A stretch of 64,000 bases of DNA from an uncultured virus (IMG/VR IMGVR_UViG_3300025723_000018) (lineage: Duplodnaviria > Heunggongvirae > Uroviricota > Caudoviricetes), in IMG/VR virus record IMGVR_UViG_3300025723_000018; one strand, 5' to 3'. Position 1 is the stretch's first letter; each line of letters opens with the position of its first letter. Below are positions 1-8,757 of the stretch, piece after piece. Made by a program: the position numbers and the translations under genes. A model generated the notes under the pieces. It ran no database searches. It saw nothing but the letters and a program-made list of their open reading frames with translations, and was not told the origin of the DNA.

Positions 1-1
1 C

Positions 2-61
2 TCTGAACAAGATATGCTCGATGTAGTTCAAGAGTGGACTACAATGGATTTGGACAACTAA
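2..61 (+). CDS. 3' end of a hypothetical protein, truncated by the window start
   Basis: Frame 2 reads SEQDMLDVVQEWTTMDLDN-TAA; the stop abuts the AGGAG SD of the next gene. Confidence 0.6.
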   Translation, partial: SEQDMLDVVQEWTTMDLDN

Positions 62-71
62 GGAGATATCT

Positions 72-575
72 ATGGCTCAGTGGACTGTCAGTACATATTA
101 TAAAAAATCTTGTCAAGAAGTTGAAACCTACAACCAACGTAACGGTGATGGTAAAGTTACTGTAGTGAATGGATTTCGCTATGGTGAGTGGACTGTAGAA
201 ACTACAGACGAGAATCCTCCAGAATTTGAGTTTGTAGAAGTGCCCGATGGTGATGGTCGTAAAGACAGCATCAATATGTTAGATTGTGAAATCAACAATA
301 TCGAAAGTGTTGAACTTGTTGAAATGTTTGACGGCGGTTGTTGGTATGATGTAGATGTTACAGGACTTGATGAAGAAGCTCAAGCAGAAATTGAAGATTT
401 CCTTGAAGAAAATAGCCCTTACGAATTGGAAGAACGTGAAGACGATCCGTGGATGCAAGGCGACACTGAGTGGTGGATTTGGGGGCCAATTGAAATTAAA
501 AACGAAAATGGCGACACTGTGCGTATTATCTGTGCAGATGCCGATGGCAATGTTATTGACTTTGTCGAGGAATAA
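72..575 (+). CDS. Acidic hypothetical phage protein (167 aa)
   Basis: ORF with AGGAG SD at 61-65; very D/E-rich; no motif recognised. Confidence 0.8.
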   Translation: MAQWTVSTYYKKSCQEVETYNQRNGDGKVTVVNGFRYGEWTVETTDENPPEFEFVEVPDGDGRKDSINMLDCEINNIESVELVEMFDGGCWYDVDVTGLDEEAQAEIEDFLEENSPYELEEREDDPWMQGDTEWWIWGPIEIKNENGDTVRIICADADGNVIDFVEE

Positions 576-629
576 ATACGTATATTACTCGGGTGCCGTC
601 AGGGCCCGTGTAATACTAAGGAGAAAAAT

Positions 630-1109
630 ATGACAGAAATACACGCCAAGCCTATTGTGGATGGTAAGTTTTGGATCGTAGAGCAAGATGGCGCTAAGAT
701 TGCAACACTACATAAAAAAGAAAATAACAAGTTTGTACTATCAAGTACTAACGGTGAACTAATGTTTAATAAGAAACAAGATCTTACAAAACAGTTCGGA
801 GAAGGGTTTTTCTTATCAAGTACTAAAGTTAAAGTTACACAAGCAGATCCTAATGAATGCCACGGATTTCCTACTAGTGTAAACCCATACAATGCTATGT
901 ATGATGTACAACGTAAATTACCGTTGTTTACAAAGAGTAATGCTAGTAAGAGTTTGTACTGTGCAGGTTACTACACTATTAAATTTAATAAAGGTTGGGT
1001 TAAAAGTTTTTGCCCTAAAGCAATTACCATAGAACGTAACCCGTTTAAAGGTCCTTTTAAAACAGAATTTGAAATGAAACAGGTATTGAGCAATGTCAAA
1101 TCAGATTAA
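630..1109 (+). CDS. Hypothetical phage protein (159 aa)
   Basis: AAGGAG SD upstream; tightly packed with neighbours. Confidence 0.8.
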   Translation: MTEIHAKPIVDGKFWIVEQDGAKIATLHKKENNKFVLSSTNGELMFNKKQDLTKQFGEGFFLSSTKVKVTQADPNECHGFPTSVNPYNAMYDVQRKLPLFTKSNASKSLYCAGYYTIKFNKGWVKSFCPKAITIERNPFKGPFKTEFEMKQVLSNVKSD

Positions 1110-1338
1110 TTTAACCCCTATTACACAATTTGCACAATCGTTACGTGCTGCAGAATTAAGCCAAAGTAAAGAAGTTAAATTAACTATTCAACAGGCTAGA
1201 TTGTTAAATTTAGCCCTTACTGAATTGTTAGACAAGGTTTCTCAAGATTATGAAACCTTGTTTAACTCACTTAAAAATAATCCATCTACAGAAGTTATTA
1301 CTGTTAGTATGGACGGTGGAGGTTTTAGTAACAAATAA
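1093..1338 (+). CDS. Hypothetical protein (81 aa)
   Basis: Overlaps the upstream stop; operon-like packing. Confidence 0.7.
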   Translation: MSNQINLTPITQFAQSLRAAELSQSKEVKLTIQQARLLNLALTELLDKVSQDYETLFNSLKNNPSTEVITVSMDGGGFSNK

Positions 1339-1375
1339 GACTAAATATATGCGTACATAATTGGATACGCATATC

Positions 1376-1660
1376 ATGAGTCGACCTAAGCCAAAAGTAT
1401 TATTAGAACATACTAATAAAAGAACTTATAAATCTGAACAGATTTTAGAAGCCGAAGCCATCTGGGCTGTATTTTACAAAAACGAGCCTTTTAATCTAAA
1501 GTCGTTTAATAGTCTTACCAGCTATCCTGGACCAAAATACAAAAAAGTTTCTTTCTCAAATCCTGGCCATGCACATAATTTGGCAAAGAAATTGAATCTT
1601 ACATTTGGAACTGAAGATTTCCAAGTTGTCATGTTAACTCAAGGTACTATTGTAAAATGA
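1376..1660 (+). CDS. Hypothetical basic protein (MSRPKPKV..., 94 aa)
   Basis: ATG at 1376 preferred over the TTG at 1361; ATGA overlap with the next gene. Confidence 0.75.
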   Translation: MSRPKPKVLLEHTNKRTYKSEQILEAEAIWAVFYKNEPFNLKSFNSLTSYPGPKYKKVSFSNPGHAHNLAKKLNLTFGTEDFQVVMLTQGTIVK

Positions 1661-2064
1661 TATCGAGAGATGCTTTGACTAAAATATTCTTACAACAATG
1701 GGGTAAGAGTATGGACGAAGCAAACACCAAACTATTTTCTCGTAAATGGTGGCAAAGTACTCGTGCTGGAAAGCAAAACAATTTCAGACTGAGTGATGAA
1801 GGTTATGAATTTTTGGTAAAAGAATTGGACCTTAAAGAATACGAAATTCCATTTACCGAACCAATTGAACTTAGTCCTCAAACATTAATCTTTTTGGAAA
1901 GATATATCGATTGTCCGTACTATCTTACTCCAATGTCAATTACTGTCTTTTCAGAACGCAAGGGTTTTGAACTAATGTTGTTTTCAGACGACATCAGAAA
2001 ATTTGGCATTATTAAAGCTATGAATGAGCGAGAAAAAGAACTCGCTAATGAAAAAAACAGTTGA
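1657..2064 (+). CDS. Hypothetical protein (135 aa)
   Basis: ORF coupled to the previous gene by an ATGA overlap. Confidence 0.75.
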   Translation: MISRDALTKIFLQQWGKSMDEANTKLFSRKWWQSTRAGKQNNFRLSDEGYEFLVKELDLKEYEIPFTEPIELSPQTLIFLERYIDCPYYLTPMSITVFSERKGFELMLFSDDIRKFGIIKAMNEREKELANEKNS

Positions 2065-2089
2065 CATACCTTTGGGTTTCCTATACAAT
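2061..2089 (+). promoter_or_regulatory. Sigma70-type early promoter for the AAA ATPase
   Basis: TTGACA (2061-2066), 17-bp spacer, TACAAT (2084-2089). Confidence 0.75.
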
Positions 2090-2143
2090 ACATACATCAA
2101 CAGCGTTACTTCGTAACAATTTTAACTTAGTATAGGAACTAAA

Positions 2144-3232
2144 ATGCCAGAAATCAGTAGCCGTACAGTGGGCCCAAGCGGTGCTAAAAAGTCTTTGCGT
2201 AAGGCTTTTCAAAATAAACGTCCAATTTTCCTTTGGGGTCCTCCAGGAATTGGAAAATCGGATATTATCAAACAACTTGGTGTTGAGACTGATTCTCACG
2301 TAATCGATGTTCGTTTGAGCCTTTGGGAACCTACTGACATTAAAGGTATTCCATACTTTGATTCCAACGATAATACAATGCGTTGGGCACCTCCATCGGA
2401 ATTGCCAAGTGCAGAAATGGCAAAAGAACACAAGAACATTATCTTGTTCTTGGATGAAATGAACTCTGCCGCTCCTAGCGTACAAGCGGCGGCTTATCAA
2501 TTGATTTTGAATCGTCGTGTTGGTACATATCACTTGCCAGATAATGTTGTACTAGTTGCGGCAGGTAATCGTGAAACTGACAAGGGTGTTACATTCCGTA
2601 TGCCTGCTCCATTGGCTAACCGTTTTGTTCACTTGGAAATGACTGTTAACTGGGATGACTACTTTGAGTGGGCTGTTGAAAACAAAATCCATAAAGACGT
2701 AGTTGGCTTCTTGAGCTTTTCTAAAAAGAGCTTGTACGACTTTGATCCAAAGTCTAGCTCACGTGCGTTTGCTACTCCACGTTCTTGGAGCTTTGTAAGC
2801 GAATTGCTAACAGATGACGATGTCGATGTAGATACACTTACAGACTTGGTATCAGGTTCTGTAGGCGAAGGTCTTGCAATCAGCTTTATGGCTCACCGTA
2901 AAGTTGCAGGTAAAATGCCTAACCCAACTGATATTTTGTCAGGTAAAGTTAAAAAGATGGATTCCAAAGAAATCTCAGCTATGTATTCTTTAACTGTGTC
3001 ATTGTGCTACGAGTTGAAAGATGCTTGCGAGAAAAATGCTAAAAACTGGAATGATATGACTAATAACTTTTTCGAATTTATGATGAATAACTTTGAAACT
3101 GAATTGGTTATTATGGGTACAAAATTGGCGTTGAGTACTTACAAGTTGCCGTTGGATCCGGACGAAATCAAATGCTTTGACGATTTCCATGCCAAATACG
3201 GCAAGTATATTAGCCAAGCTACTGAAAAGTAA
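2144..3232 (+). CDS. MoxR/dynein-related AAA+ ATPase
   Basis: Walker A GPPGIGKS, Walker B ILFLDE, AAGNR sensor-1, PLANRF arginine finger, TPRSW sensor-2. Confidence 0.9.
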   Translation: MPEISSRTVGPSGAKKSLRKAFQNKRPIFLWGPPGIGKSDIIKQLGVETDSHVIDVRLSLWEPTDIKGIPYFDSNDNTMRWAPPSELPSAEMAKEHKNIILFLDEMNSAAPSVQAAAYQLILNRRVGTYHLPDNVVLVAAGNRETDKGVTFRMPAPLANRFVHLEMTVNWDDYFEWAVENKIHKDVVGFLSFSKKSLYDFDPKSSSRAFATPRSWSFVSELLTDDDVDVDTLTDLVSGSVGEGLAISFMAHRKVAGKMPNPTDILSGKVKKMDSKEISAMYSLTVSLCYELKDACEKNAKNWNDMTNNFFEFMMNNFETELVIMGTKLALSTYKLPLDPDEIKCFDDFHAKYGKYISQATEK

Positions 3233-3248
3233 TTCGGTATAGTCTTAT

Positions 3249-3277
3249 TTGACAGGACCTTAGGGTCCTGTTATAAT
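3249..3277 (+). promoter_or_regulatory. Consensus sigma70 promoter containing an inverted repeat
   Basis: TTGACA (3249-3254), 17 bp, TATAAT (3272-3277); ACAGGACC-ttag-GGTCCTGT at 3252-3271. Confidence 0.8.
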
Positions 3278-3301
3278 ATATACATATAGTAAAGGAGTAT
3301 C

Positions 3302-4486
3302 ATGTCACATACAGATCCAATTATCGACAAAATTATCGTAGCCCGTGTGGGTCTATTACTTCGCCATCCATTCTTTGGTAATCTTGCAACACGTTTGAAA
3401 ATTGAAGAAGGCTCCGAGTGGATGGGTACTGCCGCTACAGACGGACGTACTATCTATTTTAATCGTGAATTTTTTGAACCACTTTCGGTCAAACAAGTTG
3501 AGTTCGTTATTGCTCACGAAATTCTACACAATGTATTTGATCACATGGGTCGACGCGAAGGTCGTAATCCACGTATCTTTAACATTGCCGCTGACTATTG
3601 TGTTAACGGACAATTAGTTCGTGACCGTATCGGCGAGCACAATATTGAAGGTATTAAAATCTTCCATGATTCAAAATACTACGGCATGGGTGCTGAAGAA
3701 GTTTACGATAAAATCTTCGACGAAATGGACGAGGAAGAATTGAATGCCCTTGGACAATTATTGGATGACCACATCGACTGGGGCGAGAATGGTAAAGATG
3801 GTCAACCAAAGTATTCTAAAGAAGAATTAAAACAGATTCGTGACGAAGTTCGTGAAGCTACTATGCAAGCCGCACAAGCCGCAGGTGCTGGCAACACTCC
3901 TGCTAGTGTACAACGCATGATCAAAGAACTTACAGAGCCTAAGATGAATTGGCGTGAAATACTACGTCAACAAATCCAAAGCACTATTAAGAATGACTAT
4001 TCATTTATGCGTCCCAACCGCAAGGGCTGGCACATGAGTGCTGTATTGCCTGGAACACAATTTCAAGAAACAATTGATATTTGTGTAAGTATTGACATGT
4101 CAGGTTCTATTGGTGACGAACAAGCTAAAGATTTCTTAAGTGAAATCAAAGGCATTATGGAAGAATATAAAGACTTTAAAATTAAAGTATGGTGCTTTGA
4201 TACTAAAGTCTACAACGAAGCCGACTTTGATGGTTATAATATCGATGAGTTTGATAACTACGAGCCAATGGGCGGTGGCGGAACTGAGTTTGATGCCAAC
4301 TGGGAATACATGAAGGAACACGATATTCAACCTAAAAAGTTTATTATGTTTACTGATGGTTATCCTTGGGGTAGTTGGGGTGATGAAGATTATTGTGATA
4401 CAATTTTTATCATCCACGGTAATAACACTATTGTTCCACCGTTTGGAGAATATGCCTATTACGAAGCTGTTAAAGAGGCAGCGTAA
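3302..4486 (+). CDS. HExxH metallopeptidase-like domain plus C-terminal vWA domain (DUF2201-type), partner of the AAA+ ATPase
   Basis: TAATDG and AHEILH motifs; MIDAS DMSGS, GGGGTEF, FTDGY. Confidence 0.88.
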   Translation: MSHTDPIIDKIIVARVGLLLRHPFFGNLATRLKIEEGSEWMGTAATDGRTIYFNREFFEPLSVKQVEFVIAHEILHNVFDHMGRREGRNPRIFNIAADYCVNGQLVRDRIGEHNIEGIKIFHDSKYYGMGAEEVYDKIFDEMDEEELNALGQLLDDHIDWGENGKDGQPKYSKEELKQIRDEVREATMQAAQAAGAGNTPASVQRMIKELTEPKMNWREILRQQIQSTIKNDYSFMRPNRKGWHMSAVLPGTQFQETIDICVSIDMSGSIGDEQAKDFLSEIKGIMEEYKDFKIKVWCFDTKVYNEADFDGYNIDEFDNYEPMGGGGTEFDANWEYMKEHDIQPKKFIMFTDGYPWGSWGDEDYCDTIFIIHGNNTIVPPFGEYAYYEAVKEAA

Positions 4487-4773
4487 TGGCATTAAAAAAT
4501 GGCAAACCTAATCCTTTAGATTATTTCAATTTACGGAGGGTTGAGTTTGCCTGCCCTCATTTTAAATACACTTCAATAGACAGGTATAATCCAACTTTAG
4601 TCAAATCTATCGACTCATGGATACGTAAGAATCTAAATAATAGGTACTATGTGGGTCAAGGCATAACACTAGATAATACCAATACGATTGTGTATAATAC
4701 ACGTATTGGTTTTGAAAGTGAAAAAGAACTCAGTTTTTTCACAATTGCCTGCCCGCATCTTCAAACTAGATAA
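4486..4773 (+). CDS. Hypothetical protein (95 aa)
   Basis: Coupled by a TAATG overlap. Confidence 0.75.
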   Translation: MALKNGKPNPLDYFNLRRVEFACPHFKYTSIDRYNPTLVKSIDSWIRKNLNNRYYVGQGITLDNTNTIVYNTRIGFESEKELSFFTIACPHLQTR

Positions 4774-4807
4774 TTAAAATAGTACTTTACCATAAAGGAG
4801 ATAATAC

Positions 4808-5086
4808 ATGTCTGACGTACAATCTACACCAGAAGCGCAACAAGGCGCTACCGAACTTACTATCAATGATTTAAATGCACTTAAAGTAATCATCGATATT
4901 GCTAGCTCACGCGGAGCATTTAAACCAAATGAAATGGTAGCTGTTGGCCAAACTTATACTAAGTTGACAACATTTTTAGATGCAGTTGCAGCTCAACAAG
5001 CAGCTCAGCAACCAGCACCAGCCCCAGCGGCACCACAACAACCAGCAACAGCAGGTACAGTCGCTAGTGCATTAGCAGGAGCATAA
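4808..5086 (+). CDS. Hypothetical protein with Ala/Gln/Pro-rich tail (92 aa)
   Basis: AAGGAG SD upstream. Confidence 0.8.
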   Translation: MSDVQSTPEAQQGATELTINDLNALKVIIDIASSRGAFKPNEMVAVGQTYTKLTTFLDAVAAQQAAQQPAPAPAAPQQPATAGTVASALAGA

Positions 5087-5087
5087 T

Positions 5088-5693
5088 ATGGCCGAAATTA
5101 AACACGTCGGCCGTGTTAAAGCTACTAACAAAAAATGTTTAGTAGCTTATCGCACATTGCCCGGCGATGCATACCATTGCCTAATTGTTCCAACAGAGAA
5201 CATGCCCGATATCTATCATGATGCAATTATTAACTTGGTAGAAAGTTCAGCTGGACAGGAATCCTACGAACTTGCTCAAGCAATGGATCGTACACAATTC
5301 CCGGACGGTTCACGTATGTTGCCATGGTTACATGCAAATAATCGATTGATTAAAGCACCAACAGGCGCTATTGAAATGACACCTACTCTACAGACTAGTA
5401 TTTTGTTGAGTGAGTTGAATCAAATTATTGCCGAACAACGCGGTGTGCCAATCGACGAACTTGCTCTTACAGAAAGTACGAATGATAAACCAGTTGAAAA
5501 GAAACCAGAGCTGGCAATTGAACAAGCTCCTGAAAAAGTTTCAGCAACTGTCAAAACCGCACTCGTACCAGATGAACCAGAAGCCAAAGCAAAATACTAT
5601 CGTAGTCAAGCAGATAAGTTAGCAAAAGAAGCTGCTAATTTTAGACGCCTAGCAGAGGAATTGGTTCCTACCAAGAAAAAAGCCACTAAATGA
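5088..5693 (+). CDS. Hypothetical protein (201 aa)
   Basis: AGGAG SD; contiguous with neighbours. Confidence 0.8.
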   Translation: MAEIKHVGRVKATNKKCLVAYRTLPGDAYHCLIVPTENMPDIYHDAIINLVESSAGQESYELAQAMDRTQFPDGSRMLPWLHANNRLIKAPTGAIEMTPTLQTSILLSELNQIIAEQRGVPIDELALTESTNDKPVEKKPELAIEQAPEKVSATVKTALVPDEPEAKAKYYRSQADKLAKEAANFRRLAEELVPTKKKATK

Positions 5694-6010
5694 CACCAAC
5701 GGGAAGAGTTCTTCCCAAGGATGTCATAGAGCATTGGCCAGAAGTATTCGGTGAAGTACAACTGAATGTGATACCTCTCAGGTATTTGCATACGGTATTG
5801 GTCAATTTTAAAAATGGCAAAATTTGGGAAATAAAAATAACAGCACAAACTAAACGTGATGGTTGGAGTGCCTTTGAAAAGAATCTCTCAGATATTTGTA
5901 AAAATTATGAAGATTCTATTGATAATGTAGACTTTAAATTAGATACAAAATTAGTTAAAAAAGACATCGAACGTAGTACGCAAAAGTTTTTAAAGAAAAA
6001 AAAGCTATAA
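5690..6010 (+). CDS. Hypothetical protein (106 aa)
   Basis: ATGA overlap with the previous gene. Confidence 0.75.
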   Translation: MTPTGRVLPKDVIEHWPEVFGEVQLNVIPLRYLHTVLVNFKNGKIWEIKITAQTKRDGWSAFEKNLSDICKNYEDSIDNVDFKLDTKLVKKDIERSTQKFLKKKKL

Positions 6011-6014
6011 ATAT

Positions 6015-6698
6015 ATGAATGTTAGACTGCTTAGTTTCAGCCAGCCAACCGAAGAATTTGCAAGCATGGGAATTGATGACGCCCAAGAGCTCATTGCCTA
6101 TTGCGCCCGTGTATCCAATCCCTCCAATCAGCTCAACACTTCCACGTCGGAAAAACTCATACAATACCTCGTCAAACACAAGCACTGGAGCCCACTTGAA
6201 ATGGTCTCAGCTTGCATTGAAATCACAACCACTAGAGATATTGCCCGACAAATCCTTAGACACAGAAGTTTCAGCTTCCAAGAGTTCAGTCAGCGATATG
6301 CTGACCCTACTCGAGACTTGTCGTTTGTACGTAGAGATGCTAGAAAGCAAGACACAAAAAATAGACAAAACAGTATAGAACTAGATGTTCATAATAACGA
6401 CGAAGATCGTTTTTTAGCCTATCAATGGGAACGTATGCAAGAGTTAGTTATTAAACAAAGCCGCGATGCATATGAATGGGCTATTAGCAAAGGCATTGCC
6501 AAAGAACAAGCTCGTGCTGTATTACCCGAAGGGTTGATTGAAAGCCGGTTGTATATGAACGGTACACTACGCAGTTGGATTCATTTTATCGATTTACGTA
6601 GTGCAAATGGTACACAAAAAGAACATCAAGAAGTTGCTATTGCATGTGCCAAAGTCATTAGCGAAATATTTCCAATGTTTAATTCTATTAAAGAATAA
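6015..6698 (+). CDS. thyX: Flavin-dependent thymidylate synthase
   Basis: HWSPLE, RHRSFSFQEFSQRY signature, EQARAVLP, NGTLRSWIHF..LR. Confidence 0.95.
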   Translation: MNVRLLSFSQPTEEFASMGIDDAQELIAYCARVSNPSNQLNTSTSEKLIQYLVKHKHWSPLEMVSACIEITTTRDIARQILRHRSFSFQEFSQRYADPTRDLSFVRRDARKQDTKNRQNSIELDVHNNDEDRFLAYQWERMQELVIKQSRDAYEWAISKGIAKEQARAVLPEGLIESRLYMNGTLRSWIHFIDLRSANGTQKEHQEVAIACAKVISEIFPMFNSIKE

Positions 6699-8067
6699 CA
6701 CACTCAACTAATTTAACTCCCGCATCGGAATTACTTTCTAATGCCATAGCAAATACATCTGGGTCAGGTTGAGCTACAGCTTTACCCCATCCAGAACCGT
6801 AAGGTTTAACTCTAGAGCCTTTGGTAATTGCACCGTAAATCTTAACAGGAACACGACCTTTTAACGCAACATAAGTTCCGCCTTCGAGATCGTCATTCAT
6901 CTTAATACCAGGATTGCCACTAACTACTCCGATTGCCTTATCGTCTTTTCCGCAAGAAGTAATTTCTTTTTCTCCGCCTACTGTTACTACAGTACCAACT
7001 TCATATTCATTATCAGCAAGATATTTTTCTGCTAAGTCAGCACTTTGAATACTAGTATTTGAAGCATGAATAGCACGGAATCTAGCACTAGTAGATCCAA
7101 TGTCTGTAAGATCGGCAGCACCTGGATAAACTATATTGCCTAACAGTTGTAGAGTAATAATTTTTGCAGCACCAGATGTAGTTCTAAATACAATAGGAAT
7201 ACCATCAATGTTACTTGTGATAACAGGAGTTGTTTGTGGTTGACCAGTACCAAATGTATACTGTGGATTTGTAATAGATAAACTAGTGCCTAAATTAATT
7301 CCAGAATCTGAGAAAGTTACAAGATTTGAAAATGTACTAGGAATATCACCGCGTACATAATTGCTAGAACTTATTTCGCCTAATGCATCAGAATTTGTTG
7401 CTGTTCCCCAGAATTTATAACCAGTACTACTCCATACACCGTTAGTTTGTGTTGTAGAATTTAATGTAATACCTTGTTTAACATCTGTAAAACCAGAAGT
7501 TACACTAGTGATAGTGTTTAATGTAAAGTTTGCATTGCTAACTGTGAAAATTACGTTAGATCCATCGATGACAGATTCAATTACATTATGAGAAGTATTT
7601 GAACCTTGCTCCTGTAAACTCTTAATAGAAAACTGTGTTGTTCCACTGTTGGTACTAGTAGTGAATGGTCCAATCGGTGTAAAAGAATTTACAGGATCTC
7701 CGTTATAAACATTCAATTGTTTATTAGTAGTATCAAACCAAAAATCACCAATACTCAATCCACTAGGTGGTTGATTAAATGGTGTAGATTCTGCACTACC
7801 TGCTGTACGGAATCTGCTACCATCATAAAATCTTAATTTATTTTTAGTAGTATCAAACCAAATTTGACCAGCTAATGGGTTAGTTGGTTGAGTTCCATTT
7901 GCAAAATTTTCTAGCAAATAGATAAAATTTTCATTTTGTGCTTGGCCGTAACCTGCGTAGTTCTTACCGATTAAAGTAATATCAAGTGAATTATCAATGG
8001 TGCCCGGAGCTACAGTTAGCCCGTTTCCGATTGGTTTTCCATTGTAATGATTTATTGTGTATGACAT
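6688..8067 (-). CDS. Tail fibre/spike paralog with a C-terminal autocleavage/chaperone-like domain
   Basis: Shared fibre N-terminus (LIGKNYAGYG..NENF..LLENFA..P..GQIWFD); C-terminal ADLAEKY...GTVV...GVVS..P...VALKGRVPVK motif. Confidence 0.75.
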   Translation of the reverse strand: MSYTINHYNGKPIGNGLTVAPGTIDNSLDITLIGKNYAGYGQAQNENFIYLLENFANGTQPTNPLAGQIWFDTTKNKLRFYDGSRFRTAGSAESTPFNQPPSGLSIGDFWFDTTNKQLNVYNGDPVNSFTPIGPFTTSTNSGTTQFSIKSLQEQGSNTSHNVIESVIDGSNVIFTVSNANFTLNTITSVTSGFTDVKQGITLNSTTQTNGVWSSTGYKFWGTATNSDALGEISSSNYVRGDIPSTFSNLVTFSDSGINLGTSLSITNPQYTFGTGQPQTTPVITSNIDGIPIVFRTTSGAAKIITLQLLGNIVYPGAADLTDIGSTSARFRAIHASNTSIQSADLAEKYLADNEYEVGTVVTVGGEKEITSCGKDDKAIGVVSGNPGIKMNDDLEGGTYVALKGRVPVKIYGAITKGSRVKPYGSGWGKAVAQPDPDVFAMALESNSDAGVKLVECVIL

Positions 8068-8091
8068 TCTGATCTTTCCTTATTCTAGTAT

Positions 8092-8757
8092 TTATTTAGG
8101 CTGTGATTCTACCCAAGTGCTGAATGCTGCTAACTGATCTGCATCGTAGCCGTATAACTCTGGATATAAACTAAGCCATACTGACGAAAGCTCAGGTACA
8201 AGAGCTTTAAATCTGATAGTTGCTCTACCCGTTTTTTCAAGTTTAAATGTTGTAGGAGCACCATTTGTTGTTTTAGTCTTATAAGCATCAGTTGCAGCAC
8301 CATTGATACTCATAGGAAAATCTAATTTTTGTAAATTTTTAATTTCAATTTGTGTAATATCGTTCCAAACTTTTCCGTCTTGATCGACAACACTTGGTAC
8401 TAATGTTACAGTATTATCAACACCTACTATAGCATTTTTCTTATTATCTAAGTAAGTGTTAGGGCCAAACTCTACCATCATTTTTCTAACTTTTAGTGTA
8501 TTATCTGGCATCCAAAAAGATAAATGACTAGGATTTAAAATACTTTCAGCTATTGCATCGTGCATTTCTTTAGTCATAGTTCCAATATAGTGATTTTCAA
8601 TACTTCTATCATTATGAACAATATCTGCAAATGGTGCTAGTGCTCCGTACAATCCTATGATTAGTCGTGTTACTGTTGAAAAACTTACTGAATAAGTTTT
8701 ATCTGCTGTCCATCCTGTTGATACTGTTGTTAATCCTGCATCAGGTGCCGTTGTCAT
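8092..8757 (-). CDS. Hypothetical protein (221 aa) coupled to the U32-family gene
   Basis: ATGA overlap with the upstream gene; no motif recognised. Confidence 0.75.
   Translation of the reverse strand: MTTAPDAGLTTVSTGWTADKTYSVSFSTVTRLIIGLYGALAPFADIVHNDRSIENHYIGTMTKEMHDAIAESILNPSHLSFWMPDNTLKVRKMMVEFGPNTYLDNKKNAIVGVDNTVTLVPSVVDQDGKVWNDITQIEIKNLQKLDFPMSINGAATDAYKTKTTNGAPTTFKLEKTGRATIRFKALVPELSSVWLSLYPELYGYDADQLAAFSTWVESQPK

Noticed and set aside
6006..6017. TATAAATA late promoter for thyX
   Set aside because: Only 1 nt separates it from the ATG and it overlaps the upstream stop codon, so it is probably coincidental.
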